Shown here: positions 20,193 to 35,373 of the stretch, piece after piece
Numbering within the stretch: position 1 is the first letter of the stretch
Layout of the letters: every line of letters starts with the position of its first letter
NCBI GenBank assembly: GCA_000934665.2
Contig: JYFJ02003969.1
Coordinates: 1-48,308 of the forward strand
From: Catajapyx aquilonaris
Lineage: Eukaryota
Length of the DNA: 48,308 nt
Direction of reading: 5' to 3'
Translations under genes and position numbers: made by a program
Notes under the pieces: generated by a model
What the model saw: the letters and a program-made list of their open reading frames with translations, nothing else
Database searches by the model: none
What the model was told of the DNA's origin: nothing

Positions 20193-23100
20193 AAAATCGT
20201 TGTTCCTATTTATTTTGCGACATTATTATTGCGATTCTATACAATATTTTATTACGTTTCTGATCACTCAGTACAAATCCGTGACAGTTCATGACCATGA
20301 CTTTCCACCCCTGATACTCGACGCTATTATTTGTACTATCAGCTGATGATCTAGAAATGAAAAATGGTATCGGAAATTAAAATCTCCAATTTCTACCGGA
20401 GAAATAAATAGGGCTCACGTAATCATCATAATTATTACGTGTTTATTGGCACCGATTTGCATGAATCACTCAGATCATTACGCAAGCCACCAGATTACAG
20501 TGATTGTCTCCGGATTACACAGGTCCGGATAAATGCACGGTTCTCTAAAGTACAACTACTGGTCCATTTCCTAGTTCATAATCTGATAACACCCTTTTTC
20601 CTGAGGGGTATACGGATGTGGGATTGATCCAAACATGCTTATTATTTGCCCTGGTTAATTTGGGTTGATTGAAACCAAAAACTGCGACCCAATACATGGC
20701 GTCCATATTAATCAGTTGTTTCTCGCACATTTTTCTGGTCTTGGGACGTGCTAAGTTTTTTGGGGTAAGAAACGGGGCGAATGGCATGTTTATCGACATC
20801 CAGGACTAAACCCGATTATTATGAATTATGCAAAAGTGGTTTTCAGCGCATTTTAAGGGTAATTACGATGTCGGTCGCTGCTGACTTGCTTCTGGCGACA
20901 CGTAAACAAGGATTAAGGGCTTGGGCGTAGTAATTGGTGGTCGGTAACGTATTCTTGGCATTTTTATTGCCTTTTCGGCCAGCATGTGCATGAAAAGCCA
21001 TCCCATTTTTAAAATAAAAGTGAAGGATTGAGGGTATTTTCATGAAATATGTATTGCCGGGACAATTTCAGGTGAATCTACTTATACATTGTTGCAGTAA
21101 TTTTGCCTGGGTTTGCTGCAGTCGTGGACCAAATGGTGCTATTTTAAAGCTATAGATGCTGGTACATTTACATATTTGGCGTTATTTTAGATTTATTTTT
21201 GGAGATTCACTGGATGACTTTTTCTTTTTAACTGTAAGTTAACTTGTGTCACTTCTTTCATCACTGACTATAACCCCTTCAAATGGAAATACTGTTGATG
21301 GGTTGTTTGTTTGCCAAAAATATCTTCTCGCTATCCATATGGTAAGTCGTGATAATCCCGGTTTGAATGAACCTTGACATTAACATTGACATTCTTGCTG
21401 CTTGATGTTGTCACAAGCTACTTTGAAAATATGCAAATGATAATTACTTTGTCATGAAAGCGTTACGTTGTTCCCATCACGGCATGGCATTAGGAAAATC
21501 GTAAAATTACCTCTGTATGATATCATATCATTTCTTGATTTATTTAACCTTAGATCAACATGAATCCTCCAATCGGCCAGCATAACTGCACGAACAAAAG
21601 TGCAAGTAAGAAAATGAGCAGCTTGACCCTGCATAATAATACCTTACAGCAGCTGGGCACCCCCCCCTGTCCACCGGCCATTTTTTGGGCAAGCCTCACC
21701 CTTCCAACGAAAGGGTGGCGCACCCTCTGTGTATGGCTCCCCGCTACCTTCTTGAATACCTTCCGCTCTCAATGTCTCTCTTTTGTCCAACCCAAAGAAG
21801 GAACCGGAACTCGATCCTGCTTTGTTTATCCCTGAGGAATTGTGGCCACGGTAAGGATGACAAAATGGGCTCCATTCACACATGGGCCAGCAGCCACATC
21901 AAGTGCATCCTCTATCCAGAAGGACAAACACATATGTGCGATTACTCACTCCTGCAATGCAAAGTATCGCTGGATGGAACGAGGTAGCAGTTGTTCAGCC
22001 AAGGGAGGTGATTGTGACAAATGTGTCGTCCCTCCGGCCTGAAGGTTATGCTTGGTGAAAGGAGTGGTCATATTCCACATGCACGTACTTAGTGTCATGT
22101 TAGGCTACGATGAGCTTTATGATGACCCCACACGAACACCTGTCGAGTTTAGTCAAGGACGGATAGGACCTCTGGCTCTCTGTTGCCCCTTTTACCTCTA
22201 AATCACTTTCGAGGTAAGGTCTTATGTGCACACGGATATGCTCTGAGCAATGATAAGTAGCTTGCAAGATAGGTTGCAGTGATATAAGTAGACAATTACT
22301 GTACAGTCTCAGTTGCAACTACTATATGCTGAGAGCGTGAAAAGCATACAGTGTGCCTATTCCAAGGTGCAATTTTATTTTACCTATATGTAAGAATAGC
22401 ATTATAGCCTTTTCATTGTTACAGTGTCTTCGTCCAAGTGAAACCTTCCGCCATCGACCTATTCTGATACAGATACCAAATCAGTAGGTTGCATCTTATC
22501 TTGGGCAAACTATCTTAACTTCCATAGTTTTACTAGCTCGTATATTCTTCCCCGAGTCCACAATATATTCTCGAATGTCTTCGCCGATAGTCAGTTTTAC
22601 TACCTGGGTGCAGCAAAAAGAAATTTCAAACAATGTGTTGGGTATTTGACCACTGAAAAAGGGAATTCATTCTCCAAATCGTTAATAGACTATATGCCGT
22701 ATACTAATACTATACATCATAGTATAAAAGAATATACTATTAACCTTCAGTTCCTGTACCTGTATCTATTATTCAGTCAACCAGATAGAGTAGTTGAAAG
22801 TAAATGTGTCCGATTTTTAAGTCAGTTATCTGGTTGAGTCAATATAGGTTGAAATGTAAAGTCAACTCCCCTAGTAAACCACATTTCAAATTTTGCAAAA
22901 AAAGAGAGCTTGTTTCTGAAAAGTCAGTGGAAACATTTTCCCACGACAACGCTCCGTTTTTTCCCTGGTAATCTGGCAAATATATGCTGTACTGGTCAAA
23001 GTTGTAAAAAACAGTGAAAAAAATAAGCAGCCACACGTTGATATTATGGAAGACTGGTTTTTTGGCAGCAGTCAGCGAGTCTCCCCATCACCATCCAGTG

Positions 23101-26100
23101 GACGTTGCAGCAGCATCAGGAGTGAAAAGACTGCTTTTTTCACTTCTTTTTCTAGACCGGGACCCCTGGTAGTGGGCGCGTATCTTCTTGTTTCAGACCG
23201 GTACTGGACATTGGCTAAGCCCCACTAACCCGTTAGCCAGCACTCAAAGAATAGATACCCACGACAGAAAAAAACACTCCCCTCATTCAAAACAAAAAGC
23301 AAAACGGTTTCTTCCTTTTCTCGGCCTCCCCTTCAGAAGGGCAGGGGTCAACTGTCTCTGGACACGGTCCCCCCAGACATATACTCGCCATTTTTTATTC
23401 ACGGGCTTTTTTCAGCGCCTTCACTTTCGCGTCTCATATCGTGTACACTCAGGGCCATGGGAAGCTACGTCAGGCTGGATGTAACGGTGCGACCATAATC
23501 ATACATCTCACAATATGCAATGACATATTGAAAATTACAGATGAAATAAGGGGTGTATCCAGATATTGACATGTCAGCACCTGCTGGAACTATGCAATTT
23601 AATTTTGCGTAGACATATTTTATAGTGGTTCAAAGAGTTCTTAATATTTCATCTTCCTATTATAATTGCACAGTAATTGCTTGCACAAATATTAATAGCT
23701 GAAGTAATTGGACTTTAACTCGCTGCAATTGAAGGAATTAAATAAGGGAATAATTTGACTTTAGAAAATATCTGTATCTGACTTCATTGGCATATATTGA
23801 AAATACTTTTTTTCATATTTTATTAATTTGTTTCCATTTCTCTTAAAATGACTGCAAATGCATATGCATACTATTCCATGAACAAACTAACTTTGGCTCA
23901 GGGTGTACATGATGGAGGATCTGCTATTCCTCCTCTCTTCTCCTCTGGCCGTTCATTGTCTCGAGTCCCCCTATGCTTGGCCATTGATGTGTGATGCACG
24001 TGAGTGAGGTCAGCTGAGAGGTGACCTCGGAGTGGACACTGCGTCTCACGGGAAAGGTGCGGGTCATATGCACCCCCCGCTCCTTTTAGGAGGTAATCCG
24101 CCATGAAAAGAACCAAGGACCAAGGGGGTTTGCAAGCAGTGTGTGTGTGTATATGTGTAGGGTAAGGGAGCCAGGAAGAGGCGATTAAGATCCCCTCTTT
24201 TGTCTCGAGAATTCTCCCTACCGACTCCCTAATCACAATTTATCACCCTCAGAAACAAAAGAAGCACATCTCCGCTATTTAAGGTAGCAGCAACGGTCGC
24301 AATTATTTTAACTTATTTTGCAAAAAGAAACAACAAATTAGCAATATTAAAAATGAGTAATATTGCATAGTGCAAATATTGCACATTTGTTTAAAAAACG
24401 GCACAATTTGCATATTGATACTGTATGGTCCTAGTGATAAGTATCCTTCGATATGTAAAGGTGGGGTGAGGAAGTGTACAGCAGGGTGGGGTGAAGATGA
24501 AAGAGGCAAAAGAGAAGCCGCGAGTGAGTGAGTGACCATGGTCCATGCAAAGGGCAGCTTAAGAAGAAGGGAGGAACAAAAGGAGCAGATGGGGTTGCCT
24601 CATGAATATTCAGGACGCGCACTTACGTACCGTACACTTCACAATTGCAGACCATCAGAAAAAGGGAAGAAGGGTGGAAGAAAGAGGGATACATATACAC
24701 CATGTCCCCTTGCCCTTTGGCCAGCACCGGCGCATGTGGTGGACAAGGGGTTTCGGCCAAAAAAGGAAGCCAAGTATAATCATATCCTCTTTAATTATGC
24801 AGTGGACGCATCTTATATCCAAACGGCTGCATGGTCATGGGAGTTTAAAATATTATGATTACAGACCTGCACACTGGTCTCCATAATGAGCTTACACAAC
24901 TAGTGTGCAAAAACAAAAATTTATCCCAAGATTTGATTCGAAAGTCAGCTTGTGAAACGGACGCCCTCATTCGCCTAATTTACTGCATGGTGAAAACTAG
25001 ATAATCAGCCTAGCCAGCTCGGTAGTAACGAGATGACTAGAAATTGTCGCTAATTTCTATCCGTGACAATACCCCGCAATTTGGACAGGAGTGTTCCGCA
25101 TGATCCTAAAACATGAGATTAGTGAACCTGTACAGGGCTTGCCCCCCAAGAAATCATTCGACAAAAATGAGAGGCTGCTGGCACGTGTTGAGGATGAAAA
25201 AGATCTGGTTTTGTGGTTCGTAGGACCGGAAAAACGCGGGTAAGTCCGGTGATTCCATAGACGACTCAATCAGACTTGCCCCAGCCAAGAGAGAAACCGG
25301 CCCACCCAAACACCCATGCAACTTTGGTCTAACAAAAATTCAGTGGCAACATTGGTGGTGCAGCCCTTTGAATTATGGGCCAGACTCAGTCGATTCACTT
25401 TTCGACGTTTATGGAGCTCCTTCATTCCGCCTTGGACTCATTTGGGAGTCTGGACACACAGAGTCATGTTTTATTCTGCGTGCGAACACACACCCTATTG
25501 CCATACGTGTCTCATATTAATTTTAATACCGGTATTGCATAGGTGGGTGGCGAGTATTGCCTTCCTGTGGAGCCCTGTCATTTGCGGATGGGCGGGTGTA
25601 TAGTGGAGCTTATGTTGATTCTGTATTGTGGGAATGAATGGGATGCTGCCCGGTGTCAAATTTTTTGTGTTAATTTAAAATGTGCGGAGGATTTTAGGAA
25701 GCGAATTGTAGAAGAAAATGATGACCATGGTAACCTGTTGTGATAGGCTAAAATAGCGAGTTATTGCACCAAAGTTTCGCCGAAATCTTGGATAGGAGCC
25801 ATACAAGAGCAGTCGTTTGGTAAATCCAGAATGAGTGTTGGTTATAGTTGAATATATTTCTGTAAAGGAAGTTCACACCCACCCACATTCTTGGAAATTT
25901 TATGCGTCACCTTTTTGTTGGATTGTGCTTGGGAGGAGGTTTTAATACTCGAACAACACCCATCCCGTTTTCCCTCATTCTCCATGTAAAGTCCTATTGT
26001 GCTTGCATTGCGTGTGAAATACTACTTCACATAGCTTTGTTTATAGAATTGTAACACAAAACTACCAGTATATCATACATTAGGTTGTGTACTGCACTGA

Positions 26101-29100
26101 ATGTGCATATGATACCAATATGAATATGGAAACACTCCAGAATTTTTTGGTACATTCTTTTATGTGTATGGTCTATTACTTAGCTTTTGAAAACAGATAT
26201 TACCATAATTATAAGAAATAAGCTACAGGAGAAGTGATATCGAATGTTTTTTTCTTCATACAAAATGCATTTAGCCACGGTTATATGAATAGAAATTAAT
26301 GAACTGAAATCTCCAATTATGCAGATATTTTCACAATCTTAAACCTGTCATAATTATTAATTTTCCTGACTTAGGACCGCAATTCAAAAAGAAAATCTCC
26401 GATTCTCTCTGATTATATGATGTGTGTCAATGCATAAAAAAGGGGGATTTTACCTCATTTGCTTTTATGCAACCTGCTCTTAGTTTGTTTCTATAACAAC
26501 TCCGAGCACTTAAAATCAAACCCTATCAAATGCCTCCTCCAGACCTCACATTTATTACATGGCTGCGATTTCTGAGCACAGCATATTATGAATTTGGAAT
26601 TCTGTGCTCAAGTTCACAGATTACTCCACTGTTACAGCCTATACAGTGTAAGATTACAAGCAAGTATGACGTAACGGTTATTATTGTTACCACCAACGTT
26701 TCTCAGGGATTACAGGGCGCTGCTTGAATTAATGTAGGCTACAGACTTACAAATCACACTGGTGATACTGTTACGCAATGCCTTCGTGATATTATTCCAT
26801 AATGAAGAGAATGACTGTATAACTGCGCAAGTATCACAAAAAATGTCCTTTGTGTTCTGCAAGAAATATACACCATCCAGTGGTGTCCACCCAATACATT
26901 ACTTCCTAAGCATAGTAGTACAAATCCTTGCAAAAAATTCGATAGTGCCTTGGAATTTCGAGCTACGTCAGATACCCATAAAATAGTGTTGTTGACTAAC
27001 TCCAGCCCTATTAGGTAATACCGAGTGATGTAACCACAATAAAATTGCACACTGTGGCCCTATTAATATTTTAATGTAATTCATTCCATACACACACCGA
27101 GTGACACAATAATTATGCAGTGCAATATCTCTTTCACATCTGTTGGGTCTAGGCAGTAAAACTTTGCTGATAGATTATAGTGCACAAGCGTGATGTGTTC
27201 CTTCGCACCCCAGAAAAATCAGGAGATTGATAGGCCATTACCAGTCGGACACTTGAATGCGATTATTGAAGCCCTGCAGTGACACGTGATGCCGGTGAAA
27301 GTTTTCTGTGGGAAGAAAAGACATCGTAAAATGGGTCCATCGTAAAGCCAAAGGTTAAATGAGCCCTCCAAAAAGCAATATGGCCGAGTATTGAGGGAGA
27401 GGAGGGTTTATGATGCCCCAGGACGCTCAGAGAGATACAAAAGAACTAGAAAAAAAACACCGAATTTATTGTCCTTTCCAGCCGAACAATGTTAATGAGA
27501 AGGACAAGATTGCAGAAACGTGAAGTAGGATTATCTATCCTTTTGGTTGAGGTCGTGAAGTTTAAGCTCCGACTAATGACGCTGGAAGTCCAGAGGCCAG
27601 ATTTATGCATTCCACCACAAATTATTGCCTCCTTGCTTCTTCACCACCGCGGCTTTTAGTCAGCTTCGACAGCCATTCATCTTCTGAATGGCCTCTTCTT
27701 ATAAATAACGCCCCATGCGAAACCCTGCATTTATCTATCGAAAAGGAGAGAGTTGCATTGCCCATCCCTATTCCAAAATGCAGGCCTGGGAAAAATTGAA
27801 TGTACAGGATACTGCAAAAGGGTCGTCTGGATTCTCATGATCACGAAGCCATTGGGGAGGGGGGACTCTTCATCTTGTTAAAAGTCTTCCACTCGATCTA
27901 ATTAGGAAGAAAGGACACGACACCCGCAACACTAATTTGGTCACTTGTGCCATTTATTAGGCGACACTTTCAGTTTATTACGTTGCGGCTGAGGTGGGAG
28001 AGGCCTTTTTTTATATACTTTAATATAAAAAATAGGATAAAGGTTAGTCTGGGAGACCCCCTTTTGCATGGGCTGGCCCTTTTCATTAAGGCTCGTCTGT
28101 ATGCGCTGGAATCACATGTTTTTTTATATACATCTTTTCTACCCCCCTTCTCAGAATGCAAACCTTTTCCAGGGTATACGTGACAGTTGTTTGTGTAGGC
28201 TAAGCAGAAATTGTTTGTTTTCACTTTCAAGTGATGTCACTTATGTCGTCCTATAGGCAGCGCGTTTTTGATATCTCCATGAATATTAACAAACTGGTCT
28301 GCACATCCGAAACTTGCATATGTCAATACCCCCATCCAACAGCATGTGATGCGTTACAATGTTGGACCGGAATGCAGGACTGGCGAAAAACAAGCGCGAG
28401 CTCGTTAGTAGCAGTCGAAGCCAGCGTCTCCATAAAAGGTCCCCATTTGCGGTTTTGTTGCCAGGTGACAAACGCTCTGGTTATGCCCCAAAGGCGAATA
28501 ATGATGACTAGGGCCATGCTGGGACCCTCCTTATTTATTCATGCAGGCAACACACTCTTTTTTATCAGATCTAGAGTATGACCTGTGTGGAATACAACCT
28601 CGGCAATTACGTCTTAACGAATATGATTTCTGCGACAGAAACATTTTCGGATGATTATGTATGCAACGAGTGCCAATTGTGATTGGAGTTGGCCAGTTTA
28701 ATGCCTCTTTCTCCTGTATGTTTTAAGATATGTCCTGCTTGGTGTGCGTTTGGCGAGGGACGTCATAAAGATGTCCAGTGGGACATTGGAGAGTTTTTGC
28801 CTTTGGGTGTGGCCCAAGTCTTCGTATTAACGACGAGCCACGGGGCGTGTCTCTCCTTCGCCTTTTAGGAACCCTGCCTTCCGGACATGCCTCCGCCAAT
28901 TACTCCTATTCCATGAGAAGAAGGAAATTAAAGGCTAGCACCCTCATTGTCACCGGCCAATTTCAATCGTGGCTCATTATATCCGGCATTGTTGGCGATA
29001 GCACGCAACACTGCTTCGCCGTAATAACCGATACCTTCTGGAGATTAGACTGAACCCGAAATGGTTGAAACTATTGGCCATGGGAAGTGTAATTGGGGTG

Positions 29101-32100
29101 GATTTGAATATCGGACAAGCCTTGCAAAGTTGTCTGGAGACCAAGAAGATAAAAATTGATCTTAGTCCGGATCTGTACCGTAAGTATTATGGAGGGACCG
29201 CATTATTTTGGAGGGTAGGCGCAGTTGGCTTTAGGCGTAGGTTGGGTATGGTGATTGAGATAGGTGGAAGCGGAGTAGTTACCTGGAAGGGAGGTATATA
29301 GGAACTCGGTTAGTTATCTCCGTCACGAATTGAGCCCAGAAGCCGTTAAGCCTGCACGATAACGAGTAGGAGACAAAAAGCTGGCCGCAAATCGTTCGCC
29401 TCCAGGAGCAAAAACCCAGGAAGCTAAACACTAGGAGTAGTGATATCGGCAGACTTGGTTCAGATTATGGAGCTCTCACTGTCGCCATCTTGTGCTTCTG
29501 GAGTGTCTGCTACCCTATGACATGGCTTTGATACTGGTGTCGTGATTTGTCGCCATTCCAATTGGGTCGAGTTGTGGCGATACCAAGTAGTGTTCAACCA
29601 CACGACAGGCTTTTTGATGGGGAAGGTCCCGGTCATTAGCTAGGGCTTAATTGAAAAGCTGTGGGAAATCTTAATTGGCGGAGACGAAAAGGGGAGCCTC
29701 CACCCTGATTCCTCAAGCGGTGGAGAGGAACTAATCACCTCTTCGTCTCAACCACTGGATTTCAAAATCACACATGGCGTCAGTGTACCTTGGACTAATA
29801 TGACGATGACCCAATCGCTTGATAAAGTTGGAATTATTTTTGCATTTTGGTGCGATTCCGGCAACTGATTTATTAGGACAACAAAGATGACAACTAACAC
29901 TTTCACTATTGATTGCATTAATGTAATTTATGTATTTATGAAGTACTTCCTTAGTTAAACGAAGGGAGCTTGCAAATCGTCATGTTGGATCAAAGATTAA
30001 TCTCAAAGTGCAGAAAAATGTCATGCTTCATTAAACTTATGTGAAATCCATTCAGTCGCGCCGGAAGAACTAGACGTAAAAAAAAATCAGCGTTTCTTCT
30101 TTTTATGACGAATTTCACATTTGCATATATGCCAGAAAGAGGCGAGGACTAGGACGGATGGAAGGTGGGGAGGGGAGGAGCCAGAGGAGGGAGTGGAGGA
30201 TGATTTTTTCTTCCCCCCCCTTTTTTTCTTTCTATGTTCCGACCCACTCATCCATAACTGTCGCCTCGATACCATCGCATTTTCCCCAACCCCTCCAATT
30301 TGGCGATCGTCTCTTTTTTTCTGCCGCCCTCCATCTTTCTTTCGGTGTCATGGAGACAACTGGAAGGATTTTACCGACATGTGTGAAATCCTAGTACACC
30401 CCCCCGACTCACCCATATGCCGGTTGACAGCAGTTTTCTCCACATCACAGACCCTGTCGCATACAAATGAGCTGCATACACAGTACACAGACAGGTACGC
30501 GAAAAATGGCTTTGCTGCACGAAGAGAAAATCTTAACCCATGAAGAACTAGCATTTTTTATTTAAGTTATTGTCAGTTGCATGTGGAGGGTCCGCCGAAG
30601 AAGATTGAATTTTAACTCTTTGATCGAGCAGAGTTCCTTAGCCCCTTTGTTATTAGTTGAAGATGCCTCGGTACAATTTGGTCACTTACAAGACTTAGAC
30701 TTATAGGCTACTCAGGAGATGGACCTGAAATTCTGACTCTCCCTGTGTAGAATATTGTCATATACAGTGACATTTACTAAACTTGGTGGTGCTAAGCAAA
30801 GATATGGTACAGTATAGAACAATTTTTCTTCCCCATGTCATATGCGCACTGTACTGTGTACGCACATACACATGAAGTCAGGATTATACATTTGAAACTG
30901 CCCTCTGTCAGGATAAATCATACGCACTTCTTGACTATCCACTTACATCAAGACTATACCTTGCTGACGTCAATCAATCAGTAAGATATTCCAGGTTGTC
31001 GTGGGTTTAATATGTTGCGGTCATTTTCCCCCCCGTTGATTTGATATGAAAACCTGAGAAGCAGAACGATCCTTAGTCACATTTGACAGATTTCGAGATA
31101 TGGGCGTTAGAAGTTTCATTTTCCCTCATGAGATGAATATATTGTATTCAAATATTTATTTAGTGGAAAACAATTTACAGATAATAGAAAAGTCGGGTGA
31201 CCATCATAACTTACCCTTCCAGGACCACGCTCAATAATGCCTTAGTCAATTTTGACCAAAGTAGGGCCTATACACTTTTATGCAAATCAGGCATGATGAA
31301 CACCTCACCTTTCTATTATCTATAACTTGAGGTCCACTAAAGAAATATTGCCTTTAACTTTGACTGTACCATAGTGCAACAAATAGTTTTCCCTGGCAGA
31401 AGAAAGTCACTGCATGAGAGGTCATAAAAAACGACGTTTGATATAACCAAATGCGAGTGTGACTCAACGGAATAAAATAAAGCGAAGAATTAGTCGCACA
31501 CCAGACAGTGAAGCAGTAACGTATACAGTACATGAACTGGTGGCTCCTTTCTAATCCAACTTGAGTTGTAATGATGGCAGGTCACAGGCCTTACGTACAG
31601 TATTTTAGTCCATCCTATTGAAGGTCCTCCTGTCGTGGTGAAATCAAGAAACTAATGGTCTGGTAGTGGGCTAATATTATTAGCTAAGAAGTTTCATACA
31701 CTGGTAATGGTCCTCATCCTTCACGATAGGTGACCTGCCAAACAGCCTTGCTCTATGGGTCGCCTGGCATCCAGGATGCGTCCTGCGATCATCTCAGCGC
31801 CTACAGCTGAACTCTATGTAATGAAACCGAAATCGCCAAAATGAACCACAGGATAATACTAGTGTGGATGAAGCCTAAATGTGAGATGAGGTGGGCACCT
31901 TTGGCGCCACCCTATATTTACCAGTCGACAGGAACTATTTTTGGTGCCGAAATGGCCAATACGACATGTACGAAAAGCCAATGTAAATCCGAAAAAGGAG
32001 CTCACATATTGGATCATATGCATTTGGTGTCATACGTGAAAATCTGTATTTTCCCCTGTTGTACACCATCCCGTATTTCTGCAATGCCAGTAAATGACGT

Positions 32101-32847
32101 TATCTCTGCAATCAGCACGAGTCTATTGGCCAGTTTACCTGAGGATTTCTAAAGCTGAGGCCACCTGAGATTGTTTTATTCTCCTTTAATGTAGGCAATT
32201 AATTATGTGGACTTCCACTGGAATTGATTTTCTCACGCATCAGTAATTGATGCCACTAGACACTGGGACTAAAGTATTGCTATCATTTAATCCAATTAAC
32301 CGTAGACATTTATAGCCCTCCCAATAGAATACTTGAAGCCTGCAGCTTGTAGATACCATGATTTAATTGAGTACAATATAATGTGTATTGGTTGTGGTAA
32401 ATTTGACCGTAGAATACCTTATTTTTAATATATATGCCAATGATTGACACTAATTTCATCTCCGTCAGCATTGTCTTGCATTATCTTAGTAAAAGTATCA
32501 TACTATCCTCCCCGTCCTCCAAAGACGACATTTTGACTGAAAACTGACATGTACGAGCCTGAATTTTATTCCCCTTCCCCTGACAAAGGTCAGCCATCTT
32601 GTAAAAGTATGTTAGGGTTGCCAGATAGATCCTCCAAGTGACCAGATGCAGAAAGACATTGACAAGAAAGTGGGAGGGTTGTGAGTACGTGCAAAGGATG
32701 AGCATCTGCGAGCCAGCCTGTGAGACTAGGACTTATCTTAATTGACAAGCCGTGTAGCTAGACATTCTTAGGAGGGAGGAGGAAGAAGAAAAAGCTAAGC
32801 GGCCAATTAAATGGCGTCTTGTCTCCGTGGAATACGAAATGAGGTAT

Positions 32848-32880
<33 letters not shown>
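32848..32880. repeat. (CAG)11 microsatellite
   Basis: Seen directly. Confidence 0.97.
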
Positions 32881-32883
<3 letters not shown>

Positions 32884-34545
32884 CTCCTGCAGGCCACTTT
32901 CTTTCACTTGATGGGCTTGGGAAACTTTTTGGCGTGATGGAAGGGATAATGAGCGCCGCAGCCCTCAGCTTTAATTAAGATTAATTAAGGTGTCACACGC
33001 GCCGCTCTTATTCCGCTGTCCATGACTTATCGCCCGACAACCCCCGAAACACTGGCTGCCATTACACTCCGATTTGACGTCATCTGATGCTGACATCGGA
33101 TCGGGCTGGCCAATACCGGTCGGTGCTTGGAAGATCGTTTATAAATACGGATAAGAGTTCAGACACCGAAACTTTGATCTACATCCGAGTGTCAAACAAC
33201 CTCACTAATAATATAAGTGGATACCTTCAATATGGCATCTAATTTGTGGTAATCTGGGATGGAACCAGGTTGCGGCCAACTTTGATCACTTGGCCCTTGG
33301 CCATTAGCTTTAAAAATTATGTGTAGTAGTAGCCTTAGTTTTTTAAATTATTCTCACAATAAAGCGAGGCACGCTATTATTGGGTACTTGTCCTATTAGT
33401 CCTAAAGTCAAATAAATACATAAGGCAGCCTAGATATCTTTTGAAGAAGAGAAAACTGAATTTTAGGACTGCGGCCTGATAAATATATTTAAACTAATAT
33501 AATCTGAATGCGAAGTTAGGCATTTACTCAGTGTCAGCCATATGTTGCTAAAATCCATAAGGACCATAACTTTTTACCTGTAGCAGAGAAATGGCCAAAG
33601 GTGGCCATTGCTTTCACACTATACAAGGTTAGGCCTATTGTTTATTCCAGTCGTCTTCAGCCCTTTTATTTTCGCGGAATCTTTTTCCTATGGCAAAACT
33701 TGGGCGGAACCGCTACGATAATACCCTACGGCATTCTTTAACCGCAATATCGTCCTCATCAGACCCCTGGTATCTCCGGTGATACCCGAGGCTGTTATTA
33801 TTTCCCGGGTTGTGGTTGGAAAGTAGTTGTTTTGTTGGAACCCATGTATCATATGCGATCCCCATTCCCTTTACACAAATGCTATGCTATTTTGATTTTT
33901 TAAATTACAAAAAGCAGCCTCTACAAAAAGTAGCACCGCAGTACGTATATTAAATGCTAAAACAACATGGTGGTAGTTAAGATACTGTCCCATTTGATCT
34001 CGGTTCTGAGAAGTGGACTATACTGTCTGTTACAGTATTCAGGCTTTTTAGTTATAGCAAATATTCCCCGAAGGTGTTTTTTGTGTAGCTCAAAATAACC
34101 ACTTCGGACGAAATGTGCGATAACTAAACGGACCCAAATACTTGGAACACTTGTGTTGTAGCATAGTGCTTAGCACTGTCCAGTTCTGTAAGCATTTTTT
34201 TTACAGAACCATGCGCGGACAGCCTCAAGAAACGTTGTTGGGATTTACTGGGAGGCGTGTTGATGGCCACTGATTTATTCCATAATGTAATAAATGTGTT
34301 TGATATCAGCACAAGTCTGAGAATATTTACGAAACAATTCCGAGAAAGAAAAACACTCAAAATCAGCGTCATTTACATAACTAATCTACTGCTAATGAGT
34401 GCAACATGAAGATGGCTTCCTGACCTGTAGTTATACGGATTCGAAAACTACATTGCAAGAAGCCTCGTCGCGTCGCGTCGTGGTGACAGTACCAATAATT
34501 TTCACTGTTAGGGTATTGTCAACAACCTAGCTGTTCTTGTTTATA

Positions 34546-34940
34546 CAGGGTGTTTGCGAATTCGCCTGCCAAAAAGATATGGGCGGTAGGAGGTGCATAC
34601 GGAAGCAGCATGGCATGGGTTAGAAAGGCTGGCGATGACATTGACATCGACGATGACTATCCTGACAAGAAGTATGGATACCCCTGTACATGCCTGAATC
34701 GCTGGTTGCCGGAGTCAGGCTGTTGAGCAATGATCTGGTAGTGCGACCCCGGCGACCAGCGCTGCAGCGTGTACAGTACTAGGGTATCCTTACTTGTCAG
34801 GATAGCCATCGTCGATGTCAAAGGTCGACATCTCCTAGACGTCGCATCGACGGCCTTTTGGATACATGCCATGCTTTACAAAAAGCACCCCCCCCCCTAC
34901 CACGCATATTAATTTGGTTGACGAATTCGCAAACACCCTG
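34546..34940. mobile_element. Tc1/mariner-superfamily fold-back MITE (CAGGGTG termini)
   Basis: TA|cagggtgtttgcgaattcg ... cgaattcgcaaacaccctg; complementarity continues inward (ttgacatcgacgatg.ctatcctgacaag / cttgtcaggatag.catcgtcgatgtcaa). Confidence 0.85.
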
Positions 34941-35093
34941 GTATAGCAGAGGGTCTCGAAATTCCCTGTTGTCAATGATGTTGCCAAAAATTATTATGAA
35001 ACAAATAAGGGCTCCACAACTGAGGAGATGCTGTTAAAAACACATATCATGTCATTCGATTTGCTATCTTTACTGAAAGGCTAATGAATGTTT

Positions 35094-35373
35094 GTTTGTT
35101 TGTCTGTTTGTTTGTTTTAATACCCCGTAATAGAGCCAGGGGCCCTTTTAGATGGTTCCCAAGGGAGGGCACTCTTAAATAGTTTCTAGTCATTTCAGAC
35201 CCTCTTAAATACCAGACCTTTTCTCTTGACCCTGGGCAGAGAAGGGAGTGCAATTCTGCCCGGACATGTCGGGTGAAAAGCAGAAAAAGACCCGACCAAG
35301 CGAAGGTGACGGGATTTGAACCCGTAACCTCCCGCTTGGCTGGCCAGTAGCATAGCCACCAGACCACCATGAC
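35094..35373 (-). mobile_element. tRNA(Gly-like)-derived SINE with (AAAC)n tail
   Basis: Head tggtggtctggtgg...gccagccaagcgggagg..cgggttcaaatccc resembles tRNA-Gly(GCC); 16-bp TSD aggcta(a/g)tgaatgttt at 35078-35093 and 35374-35389. Confidence 0.88.

Noticed and set aside
20700..21350. Plus-strand donor-like sites (20765, 21234, 21342)
   Set aside because: The candidate exon starting at 21122 has stops in all three frames, and there is no other support.
30990..31220. Sequence reminiscent of Helentron/DINE-like repeats
   Set aside because: Impression only; no termini or second copy found in the window.
32839..32937. Short polyQ ORF MRYQ11PLLQ...
   Set aside because: Only 32 codons, no convincing splice context; explained by the microsatellite.
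35300..35373. tRNA-like sequences here and at about 18590-18650 and 45316-45385 as tRNA genes
   Set aside because: Each is followed by a SINE body and tail and flanked by a TSD; no complete cloverleaf.
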